A stretch of DNA of 64,000 nucleotides from positions 116,436,001 to 116,500,000 of the forward strand of contig OX597817.1 in assembly GCA_951406725.2 (NCBI GenBank), read 5' to 3'. Positions 1-13,849 of the stretch are shown here, piece after piece. Source of the DNA: Octopus vulgaris. Its lineage: Eukaryota. How positions within the stretch are numbered: position 1 is the stretch's first letter; each line of letters opens with the position of its first letter. The notes under the pieces are model-generated. The model was not told where the DNA came from and searched no databases. It saw only the letters and a program-made list of their open reading frames with translations. A program made the position numbers and the translations under genes.

Positions 1-71
1 TCGTAAAGAAAAAAGACAAAATCGAAAATCGAAAAACCTACAACCCCTTAAAATTTGAAATTGCAAGTATT

Positions 72-158
72 TTGAATATGCAGACTGTAAAGGTTATGCC
101 TATAATAATTGGTGCATTGGTAACTGTAAGCAAAGATATAGACAAATGGTTGAAAGTG
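72..158 (+). pseudogene. C-terminal fragment of R4/Dong-like RLE retrotransposon ORF
   Basis: Translation TVKVMPIIIGALVTVSKDIDKWLK matches the V.P..IGALG...K motif that ends RLE endonuclease domains; compare TIHVVIGALGMIAK near 28345. Confidence 0.6.
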
Positions 159-193
159 ACATGCATATACACGAGTGTTTGTATGTATATATG

Positions 194-233
<40 letters not shown>

Positions 234-1050
234 TGCGCGTGTGTGTATGTAGGTACGTATGTATGTATAAATGCGGTCTTCAACTTTATTACAACCATGT
301 ATATTTCCCTCAATATTCTGCACAATATTATTTATAGCTTTATCAACTTCGAGTTCTAACTTCACTATTTTATATACGGAATCCATGTGTTTGTGTTGTT
401 ACGCGTCTTCACCCAGCAATACTGAATTCAGTATTCCTAGAACTATCTGAACGACAGATCTGGTACATAAGGACATCATATGATAAACTTATTGGTGTGT
501 ATAATCTGTGGTCAAGTTGTAGATAATTAGAATCATGCGAAGTAGAGCTCTATAAAATACATACAAGTACAATGATAAATAATACGTTCCAGTACACTTG
601 AATCTTGGCAACGCCTTTCTTTGTGAACACACTGTGCGAAGATAATTCTGCTCTTAGGCAACATGCGTTCGTACGCTTCATCAGCCCCGAGAACCGAATT
701 TACCATTCAGAGCCCTATGGAAACGGTATTTATGATATAAAAGAAGAGCAACTAGTAAATTTGCATTGGGTAAATATTTGATGACAAGCAATTTATTTTG
801 AAGAAAAAAGAAACAGAATTCTCAAGTGATTGTCTACCCTAGTATGATACTATTTTATAATAATATTTATCTCGAACAATAATTATTAAAATTGATAGAA
901 TTTGCTTCTACAGCAGATATCTTAACATTTAGTGTCTGGACATCAACGGGTATATGATTCATCTAATTACATTTTATTTCCAGCAAGCTATCTAAGATTA
1001 ATTAATGTGAAAGCAGATGGCTCTCATTATGGCATTCAATAGCGTTGATA

Positions 1051-1415
1051 TTTAACTCCAGGAAAAACATGACAAAATATAAAATTAATAAACCGTCGAA
1101 ACCGAAAGCAGACGTTGCTCCATTGGATATCCATGATATACAGAAGGATAAACTAACATAGTTGTTTGATTTTGAATAAATATTTCTATTTGTGAAATAA
1201 TAAGAAGAATAATGCTTTATATTAAGCAAGTCATTATTTTAACTCCAGTAGAAAAACCCGAAGATGCAAAATTAACTTATTTTCGAAACCGGAAGTAGAT
1301 ATTAGCCCATTGGATATACAAATGGATAAACTAACATAGTTGTTTGCTCGTGAATAAATATTTCTGCTCGTGAACTAACATGATGAATAATGTTTCATAT
1401 TAAGCAAGTCATTAT
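1051..1415. repeat. Degenerate tandem duplication, ~187-bp unit (1051-1237, 1238-1415)
   Basis: Both units begin TTTAACTCCAG, share GGATAAACTAACATAGTTGTTTG and GAATAAATATTTCT, and end ATATTAAGCAAGTCATTAT. Confidence 0.85.
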
Positions 1416-1945
1416 GCTCATTATGAATGCGAATACAATATTTGCTTAAAATAATACTATTTTAAGTAATACTTCGTCGATCGATATAAGCAGAAATATA
1501 TTTTAAGACCTGCATTGGTGTAATATGCTGTTTTCTACTCGACATAAAAATGAATAACAAAAATGTTTTAGCAGCCCAGATAGTCACAGAAATTTTAGCT
1601 CATTTCTCATATATGAATCATTAGAGATACTTCACTCCCAATTGCACTCAGCATATATTGCAATTAAATTAAATACACAACTAATACAAATTTAGCACTT
1701 TAGAAGATTTTAGGCGGCAGTGGACTTCACAATTATCAGTAACTCGTTAATCTTTATAAGGACGGCATGAAATCTATGTAATTACATGCCATATTTTAAA
1801 TGAAACTAATTTCTACTAATTCATAACGACAATATAATTTTAGCAACTATATTCATTGAGAATGGAGCAGCCCTTGTGCGTAATTTGCTCAGAATTTAAC
1901 ACATTACGATCCAAAAGGTGCTTAGATATATTGATAGGGATATAA

Positions 1946-2355
1946 CAGTGCTTATCAACTATTTTTGCCCTTGAGCACCTGAACTCTTTACATGAACACC
2001 ACCCTGTACTTAACTCCATGTCCCCCTACATGGCCTTGCTATTTGCTTTTGAGCCAAATTAACTAACTAACTAACTAACTAACTATTCGATGTTTAAACA
2101 CAAGCTTAATGGAAACTTCTTTTAAACGTCTTATTTTAGTTTTCACACATTAACTTGTGTAAGATGAACTTTGTAAAGCGTTAGCGACACAAACCTAACT
2201 GAGTCTTGCAATAAATGTACATGAAACTAAATGTTTTTTTTATGGGTATTAAAATAACACTGTGGACCCCCCCATTTATTCTTTTGCTTGCGTGGATCTC
2301 CAACAGTCTTATGTTGTACCCCAGGGTTCATATGGGCTGCGATTGAGAACGACTG
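1946..2355. mobile_element. hAT/Charlie-like MITE
   Basis: Imperfect TIRs CAGTGCTTATCAA and TTGAGAACGACTG (CAGTGGTTCTCAA type); subterminal GGACCCC-like repeats; candidate 8-bp TSD GGATATAA / GTATGTAA (6/8). Confidence 0.6.
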
Positions 2356-2705
2356 GTATGTAACATTAGGTACGCACAAGGAAATAATAGTTTAACTCTT
2401 TACAAACTTCAATGTATAAAAACAAATTTTCAAGAAATTCATGACTGTTATATGACATATTGCGTAATGATATTTATCCACTCCTCTCTTACGATACTAT
2501 TATGGTTTACTATTTCTGCGTATGTGCATCTTTGTTTTACAACTATGAAGATACTACATTTTGCTTAACTTTTCGTTATCATATGAATTTAGACAAGAAT
2601 AATACTTACAATAAGTAAATATATTAAATATCTCAAAATCAAGATGAAACCTGATTCCCATTACGTAAAATTGAGCCAGTATATACATAATGCGTACTTA
2701 TATTA

Positions 2706-2754
<49 letters not shown>

Positions 2755-2764
2755 ATATATATAT

Positions 2765-2808
<44 letters not shown>

Positions 2809-2854
2809 ATATATATGTATATATATATTACATATATATATAAGTTACAATTTC

Positions 2855-3022
2855 TCTGTTTTGGTCTGAATTTTTTGGCGGGGGATGGTGGGCAGTCGAT
2901 TAAATGGACCCCAGTAAGCAACTGGTACTTAATGTATCGACCCCGAAACGATGAAAAGCAAAGTCGACCTCGGCAGAATTTGAACTCAGAAAGTAAAGAT
3001 AGACGAAATACCACTAAGCATT
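2855..3022 (-). mobile_element. tRNA-derived SINE, family A (partial)
   Basis: Reverse complement of the copy at 59651-60078 (CTGAGTTCAAATTCTGCCGAGGTCGACTTTGC...CGGGGGTCGATA...AGTACCAGTT); has a B-box-like GAGTTCAAA. Confidence 0.85.
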
Positions 3023-3024
3023 TC

Positions 3025-3244
3025 TTGGGTCCGGTTTCCTGGTTTCCGTGACATCTGTGTTCCCCAGCTGGATGGGACGCCAGTCCATCGAAGCGTTACT
3101 CAATTTTGCCGGCTGAGTGGACTGGAGCAACGTGAAATGAAGTGTTTTGCTCAAGAACACACCGCGTCGCCCGGTCCAGGATTGGAAACCACAATCTTAC
3201 GATCATGCTGCTGACGCCCTAACCACTAAGCTACGCGCCTCCAC
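3025..3244 (-). mobile_element. tRNA-derived SINE, family C
   Basis: Minus strand reads GGAGGCGCGTAGCTTAGTGGTTAGG (A box) ... GGTTTCCAATCC (B-like), then a CORE/V-like TTCTTGAGCAAAACACTTCATTTCACGTTGCTCCAGTCCACTCAGC. Confidence 0.75.
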
Positions 3245-3777
3245 ATACTAAGCTATACTATACGCGAAAGTATTGTTAATTAAATAAATTATCTATTCTT
3301 GGACTTCTTATAAGCATCAAGCTCAAAATATGTCTACAAACATATATGTTAAGAACTCAATATATTTTCTTCTAATATTGTCACGGAAAAAACAGAGAGT
3401 TATAACCATCACATAAAATATCAAATGTAAATATAACAGCTTGTTGTCGATGCGAAATACTGCTGATAAGGGCATAAGCTCTTTGGGCGGTATATTATTT
3501 TGTCTTGCGATTCGTCTGTACTAATGCGTTTAATGTTTTTGCTTACATATTTTTTTCAAATACGCAATAATTTGTACTTACAATAAGTCAAACTGTGTAG
3601 TGTTCAAAATTACTTGACATCTTCACCCACGTCCTTCTTCGCTTGTCTCTTTTGTTTATCTTGAAAATTGTTTCACTAATAATAAAAAATATAGATTTAC
3701 TGTTTCAAGCATTAAGTATTCTTAACACTGAACGTGTTAAAATATACCATATATATATATATATATATATACAGACA

Positions 3778-3857
<80 letters not shown>

Positions 3858-3879
3858 TATATATGTATATAAATGTATA

Positions 3880-3912
<33 letters not shown>

Positions 3913-4361
3913 CTGTTGGAAGATGTGTGTGTGTGTGTGTGTGTCTGTGTGTGCATATGTATACATGTATGTATATTTTAGTGTATGTGCGTGAGAAAGT
4001 GTGTATATATAAATATCAAAACACGCACAAAAAAATCACGGTCAGCACTATCAAAATCAGAAAGACAAAATATTTTTTACAATTTGGAGCTTCAAAAATA
4101 ATTCCTTGGAGCTCCTCAGACGATTAAAAAACACACAGCATGGAGTCTAGCACACAATGAATATGTAGAAAAAGATTAAATTTCATAACGAACACTGCTG
4201 GTATCACAAGAAATAAGATTATGTTATTATTTGATAACAATATTGTCGTTATTTAAAACATAAATCCTGATTGACATTTAGAGGTGTAAAGTGAAGACTA
4301 TACAAAACAATAGTACTCACAAGACATACGTATGTGAACAACTATATATATATATATATAT

Positions 4362-4635
4362 ATACTGAGTAATTAAGGGTTTAGCAACGATTTGCCTCAC
4401 CACACACCGAATTTAGAAATAGCAGTCAAAGAGTTATGGCTATTCTTTCTACTTAAAAGTAGTAAGAATAGCCATAACTCTTTGACTGCTATTTCTAAAT
4501 TCGGTGTGTGGTGAGGCAAATCGTTGCTAAACCCTTAATTACTCAGTATTACTTAAACCTTCCTTGTACGGGGCTTTTACATGCCGAAATCTGCTTGGTG
4601 AAATTAATGATTATTCCAAATTAATTAATTTCACC

Positions 4636-4640
<5 letters not shown>
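4362..4640. mobile_element. Penelope-like terminal-repeat fragment with fold-back palindrome (4362-4549)
   Basis: ~93-bp arms, one mismatch, 2-nt loop at 4455-4456. GCTATTTCTAAATTCGGTGTGTGGT and downstream CTTTTACAT...TGCTTGGTGAAATTA are homologous to the 33155-33895 element. Confidence 0.75.
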
Positions 4641-4676
<36 letters not shown>

Positions 4677-4682
4677 TTTTGT

Positions 4683-4856
4683 AATTTTAATAGTTCCAGT
4701 CATTAGACTGCGGCTTTACTGGGGCACGGCCTTCAAGGTTTTTGGTAAAATGAATCGACCTGAGTGCGTTTAAAATTTTCTTAAGCCTGGTTTTTATTCT
4801 GTCGGCTCTTTTTGCCGGGGAAGTAAACATACCTACGCAAGTTGTCAAGCAGCACG
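4683..4856 (-). mobile_element. SINE family B, 3' half
   Basis: Reverse complement of the GCTTGACAAC...CCGAYAGAATAA...GGTCGA tail seen at 62620-62820. Confidence 0.7.
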
Positions 4857-5649
4857 ACACACACACACATATACATACACATATATGTATGTATATATAT
4901 ATAAACATTAAAGTAGAAAGGAAAACAAACAATTTGGCAAGACGTGTCAAAGACATTTCAGTTTTAGCTAAATAATAAACAGTTTCTAAGATATCCCAGC
5001 TATTAGAACATCGTGTCGAGCGAAGATTCCATATGCCCCAAAGTTCTTTGGAACTACTAGCATCCTTTTTTTCCCTTGTCATTCTTTTTGGTCATGGATT
5101 GATCTCAGAAATATCCTATCTAACTGGATTTAATTGAATTTCTCCTCCCTTTCTAGACATTATTCACTATGACAACTATCATTGATGAGGAAATTTCTTC
5201 CGCCGTTACATAATTTTAACCTATCTGTCTCCGATGACGGGATACTCAGCATATGGAAATGTCGCTTGACATGATGAAATTCGTTACCTCACAGCTGTTT
5301 CCACTATGAGATGCAACGCACTCGTAGTCGAATGCTAGTGTATCAACCTATAGCTTCAGCGGAGCTTCAGAAGTGAAGTGCAATTTGATTTGGTTAAGCG
5401 TTTACATTTAAATATGTTCACAGCAAATAATTACCCAAGAAGAAAGCATAAACGTATGTAGGAAACGACGTCAGAGGTTTGAAGGACAGAAGACTCTCAC
5501 ATAAATGGATTAAGATAAAATTTTATCCATATACGTGTATAAGGATAGGGATTTGAAGAACGGCTATGAAAAGAAGTAGAAAAGAAAAGTTACAGAGTGA
5601 CGATATGACTTCCTGAAAGAATGACGTGAGGAAGTTGCAGCCGATGTTG

Positions 5650-6440
5650 GCTTGTTTAAGGACACAGTAATTCTGTGTTCTGAGTGGCAACTTGCAGGGT
5701 ACTATCTTGGGGTTGTTACTGTTTATAGAAGCTCTCTCAGACAGCGACTGTCACTATTTAAACGAATGATGAGGCAGTAGAGAACCTTAATGATGCCTTA
5801 AGTTTGCAGGAGGAACTAAGGGCAATATACAAGTGGGCTGAACAATATAGCATGTTGTTCAATGCACCACAGCCTGAATATAGTGCACTTGAAGGCGCTG
5901 CAATACTCGAGTCTTAGACAGCGAGAGAATTGGCGATCCCTATGTATAGTGATCCATCATATCATATACACATTAATAAGATGGCAACAAACAGCAGACA
6001 TTTAGCAAGATGGATGCTAAGAGACCAAGAAGACATGTTGACTTATAGACGACATTTTTTCTCACATGCCCGGACTACTGCTCTCAGCTGTAGTCGCAAC
6101 ATAGAATCAAACTAACAGTAGAGCATGAAACAACCCGATGTCATTATACTAAAATATTTGTAATAGTGCAGTGGTCAGAGGCCCAAAAAGTTTTCTAATA
6201 ACATAGAAACGCCTGCAAAATTTGAGTTTTGCTAAAGTTTGTTCACCCCACCTAAGGTGAGGACAAGGTATTGCAATAGCTTAGGTTTTAAAGGCCCACA
6301 TTCCGTCCGTTCTCTGCTAAAATAGTCAAGAAACCTACACAATGTGGTTGCAGGTGCCTTCAAAAAGTTACTAGCCATTCTTCTATATACGATACCAAAC
6401 GAACAAACACCCCAATATGAAGTATGGGTACCGATATCAG
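5650..6440 (+). pseudogene. Degenerate CR1/L2-group LINE reverse transcriptase 3' remnant
   Basis: Frameshifted motifs QGTILGLLLF (5695), LQEELRAIYKWAEQYSMLFNA (5803) and YCNSLGFKGP (6269). Confidence 0.65.
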
Positions 6441-7085
6441 AAGTTATGTAGACATTTAAAAATGGTTTCAACGTAAATCGAAGGTAGTTGACAAAATTGG
6501 CTTTAAGGCACGCGTCTCTGTTAGAATAATTTCATTTGAGATTAGTTATATCACATTCCTCAGCTTGGATTTAACATCAGATAGCTTGAATGCTCGGTAA
6601 ACCATACTAACTAACAGAGAACGACGTTATCATCAGTCTTTTACATGGTTTTGTATTGGCATGAAAATATAGGAAAAACACAGATGATGATAATGACATG
6701 TGAGTTGGAAAAATTAATTCCATGTATCCAATGCCGTTGAAAAGATTAAAAAAACTGCAATATTCGTAATCACATATCGGAAGGAAGCGTATTATCACTG
6801 TCTATTCATGTAATATCACAGATTAGAATTTCCTTGAAACGTTGATTTTACCAAATAGAAAGAGGAATTAAAATATAGAGGAAATTTGAATATTTGGTCG
6901 TTTAGTTCTTTAAAAGATACTGTATAGGATAGATTATCATCTTTTTTCTGAAATAGAACCAACTTAACACTGAGCATCGAAGCTTTGCATGCGTTCTTGT
7001 GTGTGTACCTTTTTATATGCATATATGTATATAAATATATATATATATAGGTGTGTGTGTGTGTGTCTGTGTGTCTGTGTGTGTA

Positions 7086-7397
7086 TAGGCGCGGAAGTGG
7101 CTGTGTGGTAAGATGCTTGTTCACCAACCATATAGTTCTGGGTTCAGTCCCACTACGTGGCGCCTTGTGCAAGTGTCTTCTACTATAATCTCGGTCCGAC
7201 CAAAGCCTTGTGAGTGGATTTGGTAGACGGAAACTGAAAGAAGTCCGTCATATATATATATATATATATACATATATGTCTGTGTATCTGTGTGTGTCCC
7301 CCACCATAGCTTGACAACCGACGTTGGTGTATTTACGTCCCCGTAACTTAACGGTTCGGCAAAAGAAACCGATAGAATAAGTACTAGTCTTACAAAG
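7086..7397 (+). mobile_element. tRNA/CORE-type SINE, family B
   Basis: A box TGGCTGTGTGGTAAG, B box GGTTCAGTCCC, CORE-like CCTTGTGCAAGTGTCTT, internal (TA)n/(TG)n tract; aligns to 62393-62820. Confidence 0.9.
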
Positions 7398-7734
7398 ACT
7401 GCTTGCGTGTGCTCTCATAGCATTAAAAGCTAATCCACAGTGAAAATTGTTGGGACAAGAACAGTCAAAACGATACATATGATCTTAATATAGGAGGACA
7501 GAAATAATCGTGACCGAGCACACAATAATACAACTAAGTGAAAGGAACTGACTACTCAGTACATCCGCCTGTTTTATGGAAAACAAAAAACTCCTTTGGC
7601 TATAAAGTCTTGAATTTAACTAATATAAAACCACCAGTCATCTTGATCTTGTATAATTTCTCATTGGTAAAAATAGTCCGAGAGTAGTATTCAAATTGTA
7701 GAGATGTCTGTCAATATAATATTTATGGTGTACA

Positions 7735-7955
7735 TACTATGTGGTGCTGAAATTTCCATGGTTGTAAGGGTGTCGCGAATGGCCTAACTGGAGGCCTAAA
7801 CTTTCGAGTTCTTTTACAGGACTTAAAAAAACTTTCAGGATTGCTGCAATAAGTGTGTAAATTTGAACGAGGAATATGTTGAATAAAATCATAATCATCC
7901 GATCTTCTTGCATTTTCTTTTAACCAAAGCCATGAACTTTTCGGCACACCTCTCA
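7735..7955 (-). mobile_element. mariner-like non-autonomous end fragment
   Basis: Minus strand begins GAGAGGTGTGCCGAAAAGTTC (mariner TIR-like) followed by TTTTATTCAACATATTCCTC...ACACACTTATTGCAGC, typical of reverse-read mariner ends. Confidence 0.5.
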
Positions 7956-8989
7956 TATTTTCTTACATCATGGTATTACAAGCATTTTAAACCATCACTT
8001 TATAAGTTCATGGTATTTAACTCTCTGGAGAGTGCAGTATCTAATCCGGCACTTCAATTACTTGTTGATCACATGATTAGCTAGGAAGTGAATGGAATAT
8101 GACGTTACAATTATTTCATAGCATTAAAATGTTTGTTTATAGTAGCAGAAGTGTCATCATCTCTGCGGACGAAATAGTGTAACTATGTAAGCAATCTGCT
8201 ATGTAAATCCCCAAATACTGTTCGAAACTAGTGTCTTTGATGGAGATGCAGTTAATCCCGTATAAGCTTTAAAATATGAAAGTGTAACAAGCTTGGTGAT
8301 AGGTTGCTATGACTGTTTGTGCATATTTTGAAATGTTATTCCCAGCTTGATATTGGCAATTGATGTGTTACTACCACATTCCCAGTTAGGATTATTAAAG
8401 TTAACTTCATTACAGGCAGGTATTTTCATATATATTCACAAGCTATTGATTCTTGGGCATTGATTTCATTTCTCTGTTTTGAGTTTCTGCTCCAGGAGTC
8501 TCTGTAAATTCGTTACTGAAGAAGCCTCACCAAACAAGAGACTATCCAAGGTATACCGATATATACACTAACGTTGTAATAAATGTGAATTTCATGGAAA
8601 TATTTCCATCCTTATCACCCTTAAAGCATTATACATTCTACTACCTCCCTAAGCAATTCTCGTTAATCATATTCTCTCATGCCCTGTCGAATATCTCCCG
8701 CACCAAGGAGCTCTGATTTTAATATTCACATTGTCATATCACGTATATGCAGTAAGCTAAACCCTTAATACCCACACCTCAGTATCTCTACTCTTACTAC
8801 CAATCATCATTTATCTTTGTATTTTAAAGTTGTTTTTATATGTATAGTTATATAAATACATACAATTTCATAGGATTCGGAGGATTGAGTGACCATCACA
8901 GAAAGCTCCTTTTACGGACTCAACTAAGTTTACATTACAATACACACTCAAACACACACACGCAGACACACACGTGTGTGTGTATGTAT

Positions 8990-9905
8990 ATATTCACACC
9001 GACACCCCGCAGAGCCAATCAAAGTGAAATTAAAGACAGCGTCTCAGAGTTCTGCAGGAAATTAAGACTTGCAGATGCCGACTCTGATGATCACGATGAA
9101 TGACTGGTTAAGAAGAAAAGCCAATACACTCCCCACAAAGAAAAAACAAAAGCCTTGATGAATTTTACAAACACATCGTAAACCTTCCCTGTCACACCCT
9201 GCACAAACAAAAAAAACCATCCCAAACCTCAACAAAATCCAATGGAAGGAAATTAATGAACTACAAACAATAAAGAAATTACAATCAAAGAAGCGGACAA
9301 AGGCAGCGCAGTGGTAATTATGGACACATCATAATACAGAAATCTAGTCATGTCATTACTAAAAAACAATGAGTATTATGAAGAAATCAACAACTACGAT
9401 CCCCATCAAATAATGAAAATCCTCTCTTCGCTAATACATACCCACGGGAAAGACCTCACAAAAAAGGAAGTAGATTCCCTAAGAAATTTCAAAAACAAAC
9501 CCAGTCTTTTCTATGGCCTCCTCAAAATACACAAAACCCTAACCATCAATGAAGCCATCAACAACTTACCACATACATATACCAACACCAGAAGACCTAA
9601 AATTACAACCTATCATAGCTGGCTCATCCTGTGAGACACACAGATTAATTGACTTCGTGGACATTCTCATGAAGCCATATCTAAATCATATTAGAAGCTA
9701 CATCAGATATGATTTAGACATGCTGAACCATCTCCCAGAACAGGTCGGGGAAGAATCACTCATGGTTTCCTTTCGATGTTATATACTGCAACATTCGACA
9801 TGATTATGGAATGGAAGCGATTCAATTCTGGCTAGAACTAAATCCAGAGGAAATACCAGAATAAATAAACAAAACCTTCGTCATTGAATCAATTAAACCT
9901 GAAAT
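8990..9905 (+). pseudogene. Penelope-like element reverse transcriptase (N-terminal half, frameshifted)
   Basis: FTPTP..SEFCRKLRL, IKEADKGSAVVIMD, FYGLLKIHK, LQPIIAG, ILMKPYL..SYIRYDLDML and MVSFDV motifs, characteristic of PLE RTs. Confidence 0.9.
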
Positions 9906-10165
9906 AAACACCAATTCATTTTAATTGTCACTTAATTACTTGACTCCTGCTCATACATTCATACTCAAACCTGAATCATGGGAGTTCCGACATGACTCTT
10001 ATGGAGAAAGTATTCATATGTTGGCAATTGCTTTATCGTTCATTTTCATTTTATATTGGACTGATATATTTTATTCATTACTGGAATTTCAACATAGGCA
10101 AAAAAGTTATATATGTATGCCAACAACAATTTTTAGGTATAAATTACTATTCGTACTTATGTGTG

Positions 10166-10349
<184 letters not shown>

Positions 10350-10723
10350 TTACAAGAGAGCAAATGAGATGTAAGAGCATAAAATATATGCATATAGACT
10401 CATTCACACATGACTGCTTAATCCTGAAAACCTAGTACGGTAATATAATTAACTGTATAAAATGAAATAAATCCTGTAACTGTATACTTGCCAAAAATCA
10501 CTGAAGTGCTTCATGTAAGAATACGAGTTGTTCCCTTGCAATACTGCTTCATCTCTGTTTACTTTTTTTCAAAGATGGCGTCCTATTGACAGCAAAAAAG
10601 TTCTCTCTATATAAGTTGACAATCGTTGATCGTGTAATATGTTCCTAATTTTATTATATAAATTTTATTATATAAACTTTCTGTGTCTTTTACGTTTCTT
10701 TCTTTTCTTATATATGTATATGT

Positions 10724-10794
<71 letters not shown>

Positions 10795-11156
10795 ATAGGA
10801 CAGAAACAATTATAATAAGGCAGAATGCTAAATTGAAAGTAGATTTCAATAAAAATGGGTGTATGGAAAATTAAAAAAGAAAAAAATAATAAATCAAACC
10901 GGTGTTCAGCGTAAGGCAAATTTTCAAGATTGGGAAGAGGAAAAGAATGTTTGTTTTTAAATTGAGGAAGGGGAAAAATGGAATTTACAATTGTTTTTTT
11001 CAAAAAGATAATAATGCATATATGCAAAAATTAATAAATAAGTATACCATTACATTGTAGAATGTTTATGCTTTTAGAGTTCAATAATAGTCCTTGGAAA
11101 AACTTCTTTGGAGGATTAGGATACATGTGCTTAAATGTAGTGCTTAGTTTAAAGTC

Positions 11157-11192
<36 letters not shown>

Positions 11193-13849
11193 GCATATGT
11201 ATTTATGTATATATGTATATACGCACACATATATATGCATGTAAGTATACTACATACAAACACACATGCACACACATTCATAATATATACATACCCTAAT
11301 TTAAATCTAAACCTATAGTGATAGATGAGAACACATCATGGTTATTGGTGACAAAAATTGTCTCCAGTTAATAGGATCCACTGGAAATCAACTTTAAACT
11401 AAATCCAACCTCTCCTACATGAAATCACAGTGCTGCATTTCTCCTTTGCACAAACACACTCACACGCAGCCCCTTATGATTCTAAAATGTCTTTCTTTGG
11501 AAGTAGCACCTCCTGATATCCAGAGTACAATTAGTAAGGTTATAGATGAAAGCGAGACTAAGAACTATCCTACATACAAGACTTCAGCTGTAGATGACGT
11601 GGAAGAATTCAGTTAGAACTCAACATCTATGAACGCGAATACCATTGGTGTAAGCTGGTTAATCAATGATGAAGAACGTCAGGCAACACACGAAACCATG
11701 CGCTTACAAGAGTTTCTGTTCCTTGAATCGTTACAGCTTATACATGCGTCTTCGACATCAGTCGAGTAAGCTGGAAGCAACTAAACATGAATCAGTATGG
11801 TGGCGTTACATACATGATTCAGTCGTACGATTTTCGAAAATAACGAGTATGGGACATTTGTATCGAGATCTCAACAAAACTATTTGAGTTCCATTCTGCC
11901 AGGGTTGGATTTGAAAGGGAGTAAAAAGGGTGCTATATAATTATACGGGATGATATTTACGGTGTGTGAGCTATATGCAGAATATCGTAAACTTATAGTA
12001 TGACCTATGCATCTATGGATGTTTTAAAAATTCATTTACAAATTCACATCGCCTACAAAGCTATGAGCGAGTTGTTTCATGTAAAATCAGTAGTAAAACA
12101 CGTGGTGCTTTAGCACTGTTCACTATTTTATTCCGAAGGTTATCAATGCCAACTTACATCAACAATGTCAACTTACCTCCAGAAACAGAAATTGTCAACT
12201 GAACACATGACCGACTATAGAGTCAAGCTGCTTTTTAAGTCGAAAACAAATGGTCTACGATTTCCAGTACAGACTTTAAGTATATAGATGACAACAATAT
12301 TGCTAATTATTTCCTACCTAACTACATTCTACTGGGCACAGACGAAAAGTTTACTATCATTTAAAAAAAAACTAAGATTATCATCAATCCGACTCTAAGA
12401 AAATATAGTTAATTTCATTAATTCAAGTTTGTGCATCGACCCCGACCAAAGTGAAACAATTTTCCTGCCTTGGATATTACCTCCCCTTAAACATACGTTT
12501 ACTGCATGTTTGAAAGGTAGTAAAAACGGTGCTATAGAATTATACGGGATGATATTTACGGTGAGTGAACTACACGCAAAATACCGTAAATTTATAAAGC
12601 GTTTCAATGGATGAAAATTCATGCTGCTTAATGCGGCTGTAGTTCAGTTTGAATGACAAGGCCATCTGCAACCAGCACTGCATTTACAAGGATGCCGCGT
12701 GCTTAGCCAACTGTTTTAAATGTTTGGTTACACGGCTCCTGTACGCATTTTAAACCTTGATATAGTATCACGATATTCTGAAGGCATAAAAAAGCTTCTA
12801 TCAAGATTTCCTTCTAATCATCTTAAATGTCAGCTGGAGAGACAGAAGAAAACGACATTAGCGAGTTGAAAGGATAACAACAAACATTGAAGTCACTGTC
12901 ATCAAATACCGACTTATTTGAACTGGTCATGATTTTCGGATGAAAACCGAAACAAATCTCCAGCAATGAGATCAATAAGAAAATGTTACAGAAATGTATA
13001 ACAGAAGAGACTAAAAGGACGCCTTACTAATGATATACAAACGTGATATCGACATCAACCGAGAAAGTAATATTAACTTTTACTGAGAATACTCTAATGT
13101 TGAATGAGTAGCTGGAAAGAGTTTCTAAATCCCGTAATGAATGTGGATCACATTATTAAAATATGTGTTATAATTCGTAAAAATACTCGTCGAACTGCCA
13201 GGGAAGTTCTATAACATGTTAACGAATGTAAACGTTTGAACCGCATGATATTAGAAAATATCTCTTGACAGGTAAGCAAAAAGTAAAAGGGGTTAGTCTA
13301 TCAGGTGCCGCTTTCTCGTCCAAATATTTCTACGTGTTCAATGAACGAAGTAATTAAGACTTTTTTCACGTATTTGTGTCTGTATGCGAATTTATGTGTG
13401 CGTATGTGCCTATGTATTGTTGCTTAGCTCTCGATGAAAGCGAACTCCGATCTAGTTTATGTCATTGTACACTGTACATATATATGAGTACCTTAACCAA
13501 TCTGTCCCGCTCTTTTCCTGACAGGAGGTTGTAATATTTTACTATTTTTATTTTGCGATTGCTATTTTTAGCAGTTTGAATGGCCACATGGAAATTTCCT
13601 CTGTCTCGCGTCCTATGTATGTGTATGTGTGTGTGTTGCATGCGTGTGTGAGTGTGTGTGCGTTTGTCTGCGTGTGTGTGTGTGCATATTTTTGTTTGTG
13701 AGTGTGTGTGCTTATATAGACATCTTTATCAATCTAAAATATACTGGACACTATCCAGCAACATCATTTCACATTCGTTTAATATGATGTTCTGCCTTTA
13801 TCTAACTGTAAGTATTTAGAGCACGTAAAATAAATATAGTTGAACAACT

